In this document: positions 37,494 to 48,237 of the stretch, one piece after another
How positions within the stretch are numbered: the stretch's first letter is position 1
Layout: every line of letters starts with the position of its first letter
DNA from: PVC group bacterium
GTDB taxonomy: Bacteria; Omnitrophota; Gorgyraeia; B26-G9
NCBI GenBank assembly: GCA_024231215.1
Contig: JAAEQR010000195.1
Span: 363,724-427,723 of the forward strand
Reading direction: 5' to 3'
Length of the DNA: 64,000 nucleotides
Program-made: the position numbers and the translations under genes
Notes under the pieces: generated by a model
What the model saw: only the letters and a program-made list of their open reading frames with translations
What the model was told of the DNA's origin: nothing
Databases searched by the model: none

Positions 37494-38777
37494 GTGAAAG
37501 TTAAAGTCAAAAATGCAGAAAAATGTCAGAAAGTTTTAGAAATTGAAGTTCCAAAAGAAACAGTGCAGGCTGAATTCGACACTTATTATAACGAAGTACG
37601 CAAAACAGCCCAAGTTCCCGGATTTAGAAAAGGGAAAGCACCACGTAAAATCCTGGAAGAATATTATGCTGGGAAAGCTTATGAACAAGTGTTGTCTGAT
37701 CTTGTGAATAATCATTATCGAAAAGCCATAGAAAAAGAAAATATTGATACCGTAAGTATGCCGGAAGTTTCTGATGTAGATTTGAATAAAGACGGAAATC
37801 TTACGTTTAAGAGTAAGGTTAATATCCGCCCGCAGTTTAGTTTAAAAGGATATAAGGGGCTAAAGATTAAAAAAGACTCGGTGGAGGTCACTGAAGAGGA
37901 AGTTACTAAGGTTCTTAGCTATTTGCAAGATCGTTATGCGCAGTTTTTACCGATAGAAGGCAGGGCTACGAAGCAGGACGATTATATTATCTGTGACTAT
38001 AGTTATGAAGTAGAAGGAAAGACTATAGAAAAAAAAGATAAAGCATGGTTCTGGTTAGATAAAGAGATGTTTATCCCGGGGCTTTCGAAAGAACTTCAGG
38101 GAGTAAATGCCGGTGATACAAAAGAGTTTGAACTTACTTTGCCGGAAAATTTTCGTCCAGAAGAAGTTGCTAAGAAAAAGGCTAAATTTAAAGTTGTTGT
38201 TAACGAAATAAAAGAAAAAAAACAACCGGAATTAAATGATGAATTTGCTAAAACAGCTGGAAAAAAATCTGTTGATGAGTTGAAACAGCATATAAAAGAT
38301 GATTTAGTCAGAGAAAAAGAAGCACAAGCAAAGCAGACTTTAAAGGCGCAGATAGTAGATGAATTGATAAAAGCAATGCCGATCGATGTGCCTCAGGAAT
38401 TGGTGGACAAAAGAGATAAATTATTGAGAGATACAGCTAGCCAGAAATTAAAACAACAGGGATTGGATGTTCAGCAAATTGAGCAAGAAGAAAAGAAGCT
38501 GGGGGATTATTTTCCTCAGGAAGCTTTGAAACAGATCAGAATATTTTTCATTCTTGAAGAAATAGCTGCGAAAGAAAAAATTACTGTTACCGAAAAAGAG
38601 ATGGAAGAAAGAATCGAGACTATTGCAAAGTCTTACGGACATACCAAAGAAGAAGTTTTGAAGTATTTTTCTGAGAAAAATATGTTGGAAAGTATACATT
38701 GGGAAATATGGGAAGAGAAAGTGATTTCTTTTCTTGTCGATAATGCTAATGTTCAGGGAGTTACTGCGAAATCTTAA
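37494..38777 (+). CDS. tig: trigger factor
   Basis: GTG start; conserved [11 protein letters not shown] ribosome-binding motif; about 427 aa. Confidence 0.92.
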   Translation: MKVKVKNAEKCQKVLEIEVPKETVQAEFDTYYNEVRKTAQVPGFRKGKAPRKILEEYYAGKAYEQVLSDLVNNHYRKAIEKENIDTVSMPEVSDVDLNKDGNLTFKSKVNIRPQFSLKGYKGLKIKKDSVEVTEEEVTKVLSYLQDRYAQFLPIEGRATKQDDYIICDYSYEVEGKTIEKKDKAWFWLDKEMFIPGLSKELQGVNAGDTKEFELTLPENFRPEEVAKKKAKFKVVVNEIKEKKQPELNDEFAKTAGKKSVDELKQHIKDDLVREKEAQAKQTLKAQIVDELIKAMPIDVPQELVDKRDKLLRDTASQKLKQQGLDVQQIEQEEKKLGDYFPQEALKQIRIFFILEEIAAKEKITVTEKEMEERIETIAKSYGHTKEEVLKYFSEKNMLESIHWEIWEEKVISFLVDNANVQGVTAKS

Positions 38778-38790
38778 CCAAGGGGGAGTT

Positions 38791-39405
38791 ATGAAAGAAA
38801 CGAATCAGATGTTGGTTCCGATGGTAGTAGAGCAGACGAATCGTGGGGAACGTGCATACGATATTTATTCACGTTTATTAAAAGACAGAATTATTTTTAT
38901 TGGTACAGCTATTGATGATATGGTTTCTAATCTGGTAATTGCACAGATGTTGTTTTTGCAGATGGAAGATCCTGATAAAGATATAAATATTTATATTAAT
39001 TCTCCGGGAGGGGTGGTTACCGCAGGTTTAGCTATTTATGACACAATGCAGTTTGTAAAATGCGATGTTAATACTTATTGTGTTGGGCAGGCGGCAAGTA
39101 TGGGAGCAGTTCTTTTAGCAGCTGGAACAAAAGGTAAAAGATTTGTTCTTCCTAATGCGCGAGTTATGATTCATCAGCCTTGGGGAGGTGCTCAGGGAGC
39201 TGCATCTGATATTAGTATCCAAGCACAGGAAATCCTGAAGATGCGCGATAACTTAAACAAAATATTAAGCAAGCATACCGGACAACCGGTAGAAAAAATA
39301 GCCAAAGATACAGATAGAGATTTCTTTATGTCCGCTAAAGAATCAGTAGAGTATGGGATTATTGACACTGTAATTGGAATTGAGCCCGAGAAGAAGAAAA
39401 AGTAA
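38791..39405 (+). CDS. clpP: ATP-dependent Clp protease proteolytic subunit
   Basis: catalytic Ser region GQAASMGA and His region MIHQP; start at ATG 38791 after GGGGGAG. Confidence 0.93.
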   Translation: MKETNQMLVPMVVEQTNRGERAYDIYSRLLKDRIIFIGTAIDDMVSNLVIAQMLFLQMEDPDKDINIYINSPGGVVTAGLAIYDTMQFVKCDVNTYCVGQAASMGAVLLAAGTKGKRFVLPNARVMIHQPWGGAQGAASDISIQAQEILKMRDNLNKILSKHTGQPVEKIAKDTDRDFFMSAKESVEYGIIDTVIGIEPEKKKK

Positions 39406-39422
39406 GAAAGGGTTTTACCGGA

Positions 39423-40568
39423 ATGAAGAAAACATCTCTATTGACTCCGGGGCCGACTCCAGTACCCCCGCGGGTTTTACTCGCTATGGCTGCTCCGATA
39501 ATACATCATCGCACGCCGCAGTTCAGAGCAATTCTAAAAGAGATGTATGAGAATCTTCAATATGTGTTCCAGACGTCGAATCCTGTATTTCCCTTAGCAT
39601 GTTCGGGAACCGGTGCAATGGAAGCGACAGTTGCTAACCTACTTTCTCCGGGTGATAAAGCGATATGTGTGCAAGGCGGAAAATTTGCTGAACGCTGGTC
39701 AGAAATATGCAAAGTTTATGGAATTAATACCGTACTTATAGATGTGGAATGGGGTGATATCGTATCTCCCGGGGTGATTGCCAAGACATTAGAAGAGAAT
39801 GAAGATGCTAAAGTTGTATTTACTACACTTTGTGAGACCTCAACCGGAGTGGTAACTGATATAGCGGCGATTGCTCAAGTTTTGAAGGGCAAAGATACTG
39901 TTTTAGTCACAGATGCGATCAGTGCTTTAGGGGGCATGGAATTACAGACTGATAAATGGGGGATAGATGTTGTTGTTGCCGGATCACAAAAAGGACTTAT
40001 GACTCCGCCGGGATTGGGGTTGTGTTCAGTAAGTGAAAAAGCTTGGAAACTTGTAGAAGATTCAAACTCTCCCAGGTATTATTTTGATTTCAGAATAGCC
40101 AGAAAGGCTTATGATAAATCCAATACTCCGTATACTTCAGCAATTACCTTATGTATAGGTTTAAATGAAGCATTGCGGATGATTAGAGAAGAGACTTTGG
40201 AAAAAGTATTGCAGCGACATGAGCAGTTAGCTGTGGCGGTTCGTGCCGCAATGCAGGCGCTTGGTTTAAAACTTTTTGCTAAATATCCGGCGAATGTAGT
40301 AACTGCTGTTTGTGTTCCGGAAGGGATAGATGGAGTAGAGTTGGTCAAGGTGATGCGAGATGCTTACGGGGTTAGTATTGCGGGTGGCCAGGCTCAGCTT
40401 GAAGGTAAGATATTCAGAATCGGACAGCTTGGATTTATGAACGAATTTGATATTATTACCGGAATTAGCTGTTTAGAAATTGTCCTTAAAAAAATGGGAT
40501 ATAAGTTTGAAGCAGGTAAAGGTGTTGGAGCTGCCGAGGAAATATTTAAAGAGGTATGTGTAGAATGA
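39423..40568 (+). CDS. class V aminotransferase (AGXT/archaeal-type phosphoserine aminotransferase-like)
   Basis: fold-type I class V motifs; adjacent serA suggests a serine-pathway role. Confidence 0.65.
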   Translation: MKKTSLLTPGPTPVPPRVLLAMAAPIIHHRTPQFRAILKEMYENLQYVFQTSNPVFPLACSGTGAMEATVANLLSPGDKAICVQGGKFAERWSEICKVYGINTVLIDVEWGDIVSPGVIAKTLEENEDAKVVFTTLCETSTGVVTDIAAIAQVLKGKDTVLVTDAISALGGMELQTDKWGIDVVVAGSQKGLMTPPGLGLCSVSEKAWKLVEDSNSPRYYFDFRIARKAYDKSNTPYTSAITLCIGLNEALRMIREETLEKVLQRHEQLAVAVRAAMQALGLKLFAKYPANVVTAVCVPEGIDGVELVKVMRDAYGVSIAGGQAQLEGKIFRIGQLGFMNEFDIITGISCLEIVLKKMGYKFEAGKGVGAAEEIFKEVCVE

Positions 40569-42142
40569 GAATTTTAGTAACTGATCCTTTAGCAGAAGAA
40601 GGAATGAAAGTTTTAAAAGAAAATGGTCTTTCGGTTGATTTGAAACCTAAATTGCCTTTGGAAAAATTAAAAGAGATAATTGGTGAATATGAAGCATTAA
40701 TTGTAAGAAGTGGAACAACGGCAACTGCGGAAATAATTAATGAGGCTAAAAACTTAAAGGTGATTGGCCGGGCTGGGGTGGGTGTGGATAATGTGGATAT
40801 TGATGCTGCAACCACTCAAGGTATTGTGGTTATGAACACTCCTGGCGGTAATACAATATCAACAGCAGAACACACTGTAAGTATGATGCTTGCTTTAAAT
40901 AGAAATATTCCTCAGGCAAATGTTTCCTTGAAAAATGGGGAGTGGAATCGCAAGAAATTCCAGGGCAAGGAATTACTAAAAAAAACTCTGGGTATAATAG
41001 GGTTGGGCAGAATTGGTTTTGAAGTTGCAAAGAGGGCTCAGTCTTTTGGGATGAGGACTATTGCCTATGATCCGTTTCTTTCGACAAAGAAAGCTCAGCA
41101 GGCAGATATAGAACTTCTAGAGTTAAAAGAATTGTTTAGCCGGGCTGACTATATTACTGTACATACTCCCTTGACAGATGAAACCCGGCATATGATTGGC
41201 AAAAAAGAATTTAGCCAAATGAAAAAAGGGGTAAAGATTCTTAATTGTGCGCGTGGTGGTATTGTGGATGAAAAAGCATTATATGAAGCAATACAGGAAG
41301 GGATTGTTTCCGGAGCAGCTTTGGATGTGTTTGAACAGGAACCTCCTAAAGATAATGATTTGGTCGGTCTTGATTGCGTGATTGCTACTCCTCATCTTGG
41401 GGCTGCAACTGAAGAAGCTCAGGTTAATGTAGCTATAGAAATTGCTCAGCAGGTAACAGATATGCTCAAGGGGAAAGGGATTAGAAATGCTGTTAACTTT
41501 CCTTGTATAGAAGGTGAAACACGAGCGATTATTGAACCCTATATAAGGTTGGCAGAAAAGTTAGGAACATTACAAGGACAGATTATTACTGGACATATTA
41601 ATAAGGTCAGTATAAAATATGGAGGGGAGATTGTAAATCAAGAGGTTGCACCCATAACCATAGCTTTGATAAAGGGATTGCTATCTCCGATATTACAAGA
41701 ATCTGTGAATTTTGTTAATGCTTCGTTGATTGCCAAGGAGCGTGGAATTTCAGTAAGTGAAACCAAAATACTTGAGACAGAAGAATTTGCTAACCTTATA
41801 AATGTTGAGGTAGAAACGAATAAAGGCAAAACTGCTGTTGCCGGGACATTGTTTTCAAAGCATAATCCGCGGATAGTTAAAATAAACGAATTTTATATAG
41901 ATGCAATTCCGGAAGGGGTAATAATTGTTACCCATAACCATGATAAACCGGGCATTGTTGGAGAAATCGGTACTATTTTAGGTGAGAACAATATTAATAT
42001 TGCGGCCATGAATTTTGGCCGGAGCTGCCCCGGTGGCGAGTCTTTGATTATTCTTAACGTGGATAGTGATGTTCCCGGGGAAGTTTTAGAAAAAATTAAA
42101 CAAAGTGAAAATGTGTTGGATATCAAACTCATAAAACTTTAA
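40556..42142 (+). CDS. serA: D-3-phosphoglycerate dehydrogenase with C-terminal ACT domain
   Basis: GLGRIGFEVAKRA NAD-binding, 2-hydroxyacid dehydrogenase catalytic region, 528 aa. Confidence 0.9.
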   Translation: MCRMRILVTDPLAEEGMKVLKENGLSVDLKPKLPLEKLKEIIGEYEALIVRSGTTATAEIINEAKNLKVIGRAGVGVDNVDIDAATTQGIVVMNTPGGNTISTAEHTVSMMLALNRNIPQANVSLKNGEWNRKKFQGKELLKKTLGIIGLGRIGFEVAKRAQSFGMRTIAYDPFLSTKKAQQADIELLELKELFSRADYITVHTPLTDETRHMIGKKEFSQMKKGVKILNCARGGIVDEKALYEAIQEGIVSGAALDVFEQEPPKDNDLVGLDCVIATPHLGAATEEAQVNVAIEIAQQVTDMLKGKGIRNAVNFPCIEGETRAIIEPYIRLAEKLGTLQGQIITGHINKVSIKYGGEIVNQEVAPITIALIKGLLSPILQESVNFVNASLIAKERGISVSETKILETEEFANLINVEVETNKGKTAVAGTLFSKHNPRIVKINEFYIDAIPEGVIIVTHNHDKPGIVGEIGTILGENNINIAAMNFGRSCPGGESLIILNVDSDVPGEVLEKIKQSENVLDIKLIKL

Positions 42143-42157
42143 CCCAAATTTTGGGTT
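42141..42157 (+). terminator. palindrome AACCCAAATTTTGGGTT after serA
   Basis: read from sequence. Confidence 0.35.
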
Positions 42158-42184
42158 AGAACCTAAAAAACTATGGGGTGAAGG

Positions 42185-43648
42185 ATGAAATGTAAACTGT
42201 TTTATTTTATCGCGGTGCTGTTAGGAATAATACTTATTCCTGTGGTTTCCCAAGCAGAACCAACGATCATTAAGGATATCAACATTGATACGGATGGACA
42301 GGTTGTAAAGATTTCTATTATTTCAAACCAGTCTTTTCAGGTAGAAAGTTTTAAAAACGAAGAAGATACGGCTAGTTATATAGTGGTTGATTTTCTAGGT
42401 ACTGTATATACAGATCTTCCCTCGGTTATTAAGGTTGATACCGAGACAGTCGGAAAAATAAATCTTGTGCGGGGAGATGCCGGGCAGATAACTGTAGCGG
42501 GAAAAGATTATCGTACTTTAGATTTTTTAGCGATCATGTTGGAGATTGCAGCGGATTATAATATTGTCCAAGAAGAGACAATATCAAAACTGAATGTTGC
42601 TCCGGTTGGTTCTCTGACAAAACAAAAAGCAGTTGCCTTAGAGCCGCCGATTGTAGTGGCTAAAGTAAAAAAAACAAATATCCAGCCAAAAAAAGAAATT
42701 ATTAAGAAAAAAGAATTTTATGAATCGCCACGTAAGAAAATAAGGAAGAAAAAAGTCAGCAGGAAAAAGACGAAAAAGAAAAAAACAATAAAAAAAGCCA
42801 AGTCTTCTAGAAAGGCTAAGCGTACGCGTGTAACAGACGATGATTTGATTAATAGAATAGTAGAGGAAACAGTTAAGGAAAAAGAAGCAGCTAATGCTCA
42901 GATAGAGGAATTAACTACGCAGTTGCATAAGATGCAGGATGAGCTGAATATTTCTAAGACTGAACAGGCTGAACTGGAAAACCGGATCAATGCAATAATA
43001 TCTAAACTGGATAATTTAAATGATGCTTTAACCGAAGGAATTCGTAAACGTCGTGAGCTGGGAGAACAGGTTGATGATCTGGTTTCCAAGCGGAAGATAT
43101 ATTTAGAAGCAAAGAAAAGATTTGAGTCTTTGCAGGAACAGTTTGCGGAGATAAATGATAAGGTAGAGGTATTGAACGAGGATATCGGAGTTGTTAAAAC
43201 AGACTTAGATGATGCGCTGGTTGAAGAGAAAAAACTCGAGAAAGAATTTGACGCAGCAGATAAGGGATATGAGGATATTAAAACAGAGTATGATGACAAA
43301 TTCAAACAGAAGAAAACAGTAGCTGATAAAGTTTCTGTTTTAAATGAGCAGATCGCAAAGTTGAAAAAACAACTTGGTGACGCATCTGCGAAAAAAGACA
43401 GACTTTCAAATCAATTGAAAAACTTAGAAAGCAAACGCAGGTATAACGAAATTGAACGTATGCGGATAAAAGAAAAGTTAGTTGATAAAAAAGCGCAGAC
43501 TGCAGATCTTTCCCAAAAGCACATGTTGTTCAAACAGGATTTAAGTGCAGCTGTGATAGAACAAGATAAGACGGACAATCTTTATAGAGATGCGGAGTTT
43601 GACTACGAGAAGATACGTTCGGAATTAGAGTCATTTTTAGAGAACTAA
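42185..43648 (+). CDS. secreted AMIN-like domain / lysine-rich / long coiled-coil protein
   Basis: signal peptide; AMIN-like N-domain (ASYIVVDFLGTVY); KKKIRKKKVSRKKTKKKKTIKK; heptad-rich remainder. Confidence 0.6.
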   Translation: MKCKLFYFIAVLLGIILIPVVSQAEPTIIKDINIDTDGQVVKISIISNQSFQVESFKNEEDTASYIVVDFLGTVYTDLPSVIKVDTETVGKINLVRGDAGQITVAGKDYRTLDFLAIMLEIAADYNIVQEETISKLNVAPVGSLTKQKAVALEPPIVVAKVKKTNIQPKKEIIKKKEFYESPRKKIRKKKVSRKKTKKKKTIKKAKSSRKAKRTRVTDDDLINRIVEETVKEKEAANAQIEELTTQLHKMQDELNISKTEQAELENRINAIISKLDNLNDALTEGIRKRRELGEQVDDLVSKRKIYLEAKKRFESLQEQFAEINDKVEVLNEDIGVVKTDLDDALVEEKKLEKEFDAADKGYEDIKTEYDDKFKQKKTVADKVSVLNEQIAKLKKQLGDASAKKDRLSNQLKNLESKRRYNEIERMRIKEKLVDKKAQTADLSQKHMLFKQDLSAAVIEQDKTDNLYRDAEFDYEKIRSELESFLEN

Positions 43649-43695
43649 TATATTTACTAATTAAATAAATCGATAGTGGAAAGGATGGTGAATCC

Positions 43696-46218
43696 ATGAG
43701 GAAACGATTTGCCCGGTTATTAATATTTACCGTAGTTATCTTATGTGGATATTGTAATGTGCAACTTTTTGCTGAGCCGGTTATAATGACAGAAGTGGAG
43801 ATAACCGAGGGCAGTGATGCAGTCAAGATGTTGTTTTCGACCAATAAATCGATTCCAATTGAATGTTATGATTTGAGCACTCCGCCACAAATCATTATTG
43901 ATTTCATGGGAGAAATATACACTGATGGTGCTGAGATAATAACGGTTGATAAGGGAGCGGTTAAACAGATACGCATTATTAAAGGGACCCGGGATTCTCA
44001 AACTCTGGACAAATCTTATTATTCCATGGATTTTTTAATTGTTGATCTTAAAGAGCCTTTACGATATGACTTTAGTCAGGGGCTTACTACCGCGATTTTG
44101 GTTATATCAAAGCCGGGTAAAATGGTAACAGCGAGTATTCCCAGTACCAAGGTATCAATGTCCGAGGTTGAAGTTAAGGCGGAGATTCCTGTAGAAAAAG
44201 TAGAGATAGAAGAAAAGCCAGAGCCGGTGGTTATTGCCAAGAAGGCTGATCCAGTGCAGCTTGAAGAAAAAGAATATGATATGCCGGCACCTATTCCTGC
44301 GGCTGCTCCGATGCCAAGGGCGAAAGAGGACGGAAAAGTTAAAAAAGGAGCGAAAGCTGTTGGACGTGGTATAGCTGGTGTAGGTAAGGGGATAAAGAAT
44401 TTTTTCTTTGGGAATAAAAAGAAAAAAGATGCAAAAAAAGAAGATCTGAAGAAAAAAGAGGAAGAGAAAAAAGAGGAAGAGAAAAAAGAGGTAAAAAAGA
44501 ACAAAAGAAGAAAGAAAAAAGAAGTAAAACCGCAAAAGAAAAAGACTGTAAAGAAAAAAACCGAGAAGAAAAAGGAAATAGCGCGTAAGAAAAAATCTCC
44601 AGCCAAGAAGAAAATTAACACTAAGAAATTTAAAACAGCTTTATCTCGAGCTGAAAAAAAGCTGAAAGCAGCGAAAAAGGAATATGAAGAATGTAAAGCA
44701 GAGACCGAACGCCTTGAACGGAAGCTTGCGGATACAAAAAAAGAATTAACTCAGGCTAAACAGGATCAGAAAAATAATAATAAAAATATACCTGTAACTA
44801 GAAAGAAAAAAGAAAAGGCTGAACGTGAATTTGAAAAAAGTTTAAAGGATGCTGAATCGGCAAAGAATAAAGCCAATGCTATCTGGGTGGAATATTCACG
44901 ATCTAAAGAGGAGCTGAGTTTGCTATTAGAAAAAAATGCCAAGAAACAATTTATTGCGGATAAACAGAAAAGGTATGATAAGAAAAAGAACGAGTTAGAA
45001 GCGGCAATAAAGAGTGCTGAGGCAGCAAAATCAGAGAGTAATAAGAAACTTGACAAATACACTTTGGCTAAGGAAAACCTAGAGAAACTGTTGAGTAGTT
45101 CTAAGCCCTCTGAGCAGAAATTGAATTTATTGCAGAGTAAATATGAGGTAACCGAAGAGGAACTTACTATTGCAAGACAGAAAATGAATAATGCGCAGCA
45201 AAAATTATCCGAAGCAGAGAGATTTTATAAAAAATGTGAATTAGAAAAATCGGACGCAGAATACAGAGCATCAATGATGAAAATGGATGCAACCATGGGA
45301 GCGGATAAGTCTGCAATTGAAGCAGCACCTGTTTATGTAGAAGTAGAATCGAAATATGATGCCCGGGAAGCTAGAAAAGCTGAGCTGGCTAAGAAAAAAG
45401 AAGAAAAGCGAAAAGCTAAAGAGGCTAAAATAGCAAAGCTGGCAAGAAAACGCGAGGAAGTTAGGAAGAAAAAGAAAGAGAGAAAGGCAGAATTGGCCAG
45501 GAAAAAAGAAGAAAAGCGAAAAGCTAAAAAGGCTAAGAAAGCAGAATTGGCAGAGGCCAGAGAAGAGGAAAGAAAGGCCGAAGCAGCTAAGAGAATGGGG
45601 GCAGTTAGAAAGAGTGAAGAGCAAAAACAAGCAGAAGAAGCAGAACGAATTGAACAGGCTAAGCTGGCTGCGCAGGAAGCAGCATTGCAAAAACTGATGG
45701 CTCAAAACAAAGATGCATCAGTTATCGCAGAGGAAACTAAGGTTGAAGAAGTAAAACCAGTTATAGTGAAACCCAAACGGAGAAAAAAGTCTAATTTAGG
45801 GACAACTCCTAAAGTAGCTAAACAAAAATCATCGAAAGAAGAAGTTCTTAAAGCTGCAGTAGAATTGCGTAATGCCGGACTTGAAATGCAGAGGAACGGG
45901 AATATGGACGGAGCGATGAGGTTTTATCAGAAGGCATTGATGAGTGATCCCCAATACGCTACTGTGTATAATGATTTAGGAATACTATATGAGCAAAAAG
46001 GATTGGATGATAAGGCCAAAATGGAATACATTAAGGCTTTAAAAATTAATTCGCATTATATAAAAGCACATAGTAATTTGGCGCTTTTATATGAAAAATT
46101 GGGAGATGATAAGAAAGCTTATTATCATTGGAAACAGAGGGCAGAGTTGGGAGATCCCAACGATCCCTGGACAAATAAAGCTGCAGAAAAACTTAAAGAA
46201 ATTGAGCAGAGAAAGTGA
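43696..46218 (+). CDS. paralogous secreted AMIN-like / K-rich / coiled-coil protein with TolA-like A/K/E repeats and C-terminal TPR repeats
   Basis: signal peptide; AMIN-like PPQIIIDFMGEIY; 28-nt exact DNA repeat (45396-45424 and 45504-45532) encoding ELA(K/R)KKEEKRKAK; TPR-like AMRFYQKAL...YNDLGILYEQKG. Confidence 0.6.
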   Translation: MRKRFARLLIFTVVILCGYCNVQLFAEPVIMTEVEITEGSDAVKMLFSTNKSIPIECYDLSTPPQIIIDFMGEIYTDGAEIITVDKGAVKQIRIIKGTRDSQTLDKSYYSMDFLIVDLKEPLRYDFSQGLTTAILVISKPGKMVTASIPSTKVSMSEVEVKAEIPVEKVEIEEKPEPVVIAKKADPVQLEEKEYDMPAPIPAAAPMPRAKEDGKVKKGAKAVGRGIAGVGKGIKNFFFGNKKKKDAKKEDLKKKEEEKKEEEKKEVKKNKRRKKKEVKPQKKKTVKKKTEKKKEIARKKKSPAKKKINTKKFKTALSRAEKKLKAAKKEYEECKAETERLERKLADTKKELTQAKQDQKNNNKNIPVTRKKKEKAEREFEKSLKDAESAKNKANAIWVEYSRSKEELSLLLEKNAKKQFIADKQKRYDKKKNELEAAIKSAEAAKSESNKKLDKYTLAKENLEKLLSSSKPSEQKLNLLQSKYEVTEEELTIARQKMNNAQQKLSEAERFYKKCELEKSDAEYRASMMKMDATMGADKSAIEAAPVYVEVESKYDAREARKAELAKKKEEKRKAKEAKIAKLARKREEVRKKKKERKAELARKKEEKRKAKKAKKAELAEAREEERKAEAAKRMGAVRKSEEQKQAEEAERIEQAKLAAQEAALQKLMAQNKDASVIAEETKVEEVKPVIVKPKRRKKSNLGTTPKVAKQKSSKEEVLKAAVELRNAGLEMQRNGNMDGAMRFYQKALMSDPQYATVYNDLGILYEQKGLDDKAKMEYIKALKINSHYIKAHSNLALLYEKLGDDKKAYYHWKQRAELGDPNDPWTNKAAEKLKEIEQRK

Positions 46219-46222
46219 GATC

Positions 46223-47497
46223 ATGTCTAATTTAGTTATTGTTGGTGCCCAGTGGGGAGACGAGGGCAAAGGTAAAATCATTGATATTCTCTCCAAAGAT
46301 GCTGATTATGTTGTAAGATATCAAGGGGGTAATAACGCGGGGCATACAGTTGTGGTGGGGAAGGAAGAAATAATTTTACATCTTATCCCTTCGGGAGTTT
46401 TGCACAAAAACAAGGTATGTATAATTGGTAATGGTGTGGTTATAGATCCGGAAGCATTGCTGGCGGAGGTTTCATATTTAAAAGCTAAGAAGATAAATGT
46501 TAATAATAGTCTTCGTATAAGTGATTCTGCACATGTTATTTTCCCCTACCATAAGATATTGGATAAGTTAAGAGAGGAAAAGTTTAGAAAAACAAAGATA
46601 GGTACTACCGGCAGGGGGATTGGTCCTTGTTACACAGATAAGCTTTCCCGGGGAGGTATCCGGATTGCAGATCTTCTTAATAAGCGTATATTTAAAGAAA
46701 AATTAGAAGCTAATATAGAAGAGAAAAATGCTATTTTTACTAAAGTGTATAACTATAAAAGGTATTCTTTTAAAGATATATATGCGCAGTATTTAAAATA
46801 TGCAAAAAAAATAAAGCCGTATGTTTGTAATTGTTCGGTAGTTTTAAATGAAGCAATTAGTAAACGTAAAAATATTCTTTTCGAGGGAGCTCAAGGGACA
46901 CTTTTAGATGTAGATCATGGAACATATCCATTTGTCACATCTTCTAATTCTACAGCCGGCGGAGCATGTGTTGGTAGTGGTATTGGGCCGACAAAAATAG
47001 ATAAGGTTATAGGGATCGTAAAGGCTTATACTACACGTGTGGGAGAAGGGCCTTTGCCAACAGAATTTTCTGCGGATCTTCTGAAAAAAATTAGACATAT
47101 AGGAAAAGAATTTGGTGCCACCACCGGACGGCCGCGGCGTTGTGGTTGGTTTGATGCTGTGGTAGTTAAACATGCTGTGGCAATAAATGGGATTAATACT
47201 ATTGCAGTTACAAAACTGGATGTTCTTGATACTATGCCGATTTTAAAAATATGTATAGGATATAAGTATAAAGGTAAGATTTATGAGAACTTTCCGGCTG
47301 ATATTGAGGCGCTTTGGAAAGCCAAACCTATCTACGAAGAATGTAAAGGGTGGATGAAGGATACAACCAAGGCTAAGAAATATTCTGATTTACCGAATAA
47401 TGCTCGTAAATATCTAAAGAGGATATCTAATCTTGTCGGAGCTAAAATACAGATAGTTTCTGTTGGATCAGATCGAAATCAAACATTATTTGTTTAA
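46223..47497 (+). CDS. purA: adenylosuccinate synthetase
   Basis: VIVGAQWGDEGKGK P-loop, GNNAGHTV; start ATG 46223. Confidence 0.93.
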   Translation: MSNLVIVGAQWGDEGKGKIIDILSKDADYVVRYQGGNNAGHTVVVGKEEIILHLIPSGVLHKNKVCIIGNGVVIDPEALLAEVSYLKAKKINVNNSLRISDSAHVIFPYHKILDKLREEKFRKTKIGTTGRGIGPCYTDKLSRGGIRIADLLNKRIFKEKLEANIEEKNAIFTKVYNYKRYSFKDIYAQYLKYAKKIKPYVCNCSVVLNEAISKRKNILFEGAQGTLLDVDHGTYPFVTSSNSTAGGACVGSGIGPTKIDKVIGIVKAYTTRVGEGPLPTEFSADLLKKIRHIGKEFGATTGRPRRCGWFDAVVVKHAVAINGINTIAVTKLDVLDTMPILKICIGYKYKGKIYENFPADIEALWKAKPIYEECKGWMKDTTKAKKYSDLPNNARKYLKRISNLVGAKIQIVSVGSDRNQTLFV

Positions 47498-47547
47498 ATC
47501 CAGAGGTCTAATGCAAATTCTGGGTTTAAGAGTTCAAGGGGAATATT

Positions 47548-48237
47548 ATGATGACCGTAGACAATATTACACCTATTTTTTTGCGGTTAATCCTAGCTGC
47601 ATTTTTGAGTGGATTAATTGGATATGAACGCGAATTGCATGGTCGTGCTGCAGGGTTACGAACAACAATTCTGGTGGGAGTAGGATCTTGTCTTATGATG
47701 ATTACTTCTATGCATATCCAGGAGATGTATCGTGGTATAGCTGTAGTTGATCCGGCCAGGATTGCTGCTCAGGTGGTAAGTGGAATTGGCTTTTTGGGGG
47801 CTGGGACTATCTTGCGCTTTCGTGCTTCTGTGCGGGGGTTGACTACTGCAGCTGGTCTTTGGGCCGTGGCGGGGATAGGTCTTGCCGTAGGAAGCGGATT
47901 TTATTCTGCGGCACTTATATCTACGGCTGTAATTTATATTGTTTTGGTTACTTTGTCCCGAGTGGAAAGAAAAATAAAGAAAGAAATTTATAAGGTATTA
48001 AGAATAAAATTATCTGACGGAGAATCATCCAGAAGTGGAATTAAAAAGCTGGATAAAATAAGTAAAATTCTTACGCATCATCAAATTGAAATTAAAGATC
48101 TTGAAATAGATCATTCGGATAAAGACGGAGATTTTGGGGTTTCTCTTCAAGTTTGGCTGAGCAATGCTAATATTATTAGCCGGGTAACTGAAGCTGTTTT
48201 GAAAATTGAAGGCATAATTGCAATAAAATGGGAATAG
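47548..48237 (+). CDS. mgtC: MgtC/SapB-family membrane protein
   Basis: LRLILAAFLSGLIGYERE MgtC N-terminal motif, four or five TM segments. Confidence 0.8.
   Translation: MMTVDNITPIFLRLILAAFLSGLIGYERELHGRAAGLRTTILVGVGSCLMMITSMHIQEMYRGIAVVDPARIAAQVVSGIGFLGAGTILRFRASVRGLTTAAGLWAVAGIGLAVGSGFYSAALISTAVIYIVLVTLSRVERKIKKEIYKVLRIKLSDGESSRSGIKKLDKISKILTHHQIEIKDLEIDHSDKDGDFGVSLQVWLSNANIISRVTEAVLKIEGIIAIKWE

Noticed and set aside
44076-45705. Antisense ORFs (126-181 aa) inside the 840-aa AMIN/coiled-coil gene
   Set aside because: Poly-F/L artefacts of reading lysine-rich AAG/AAA repeats on the opposite strand.
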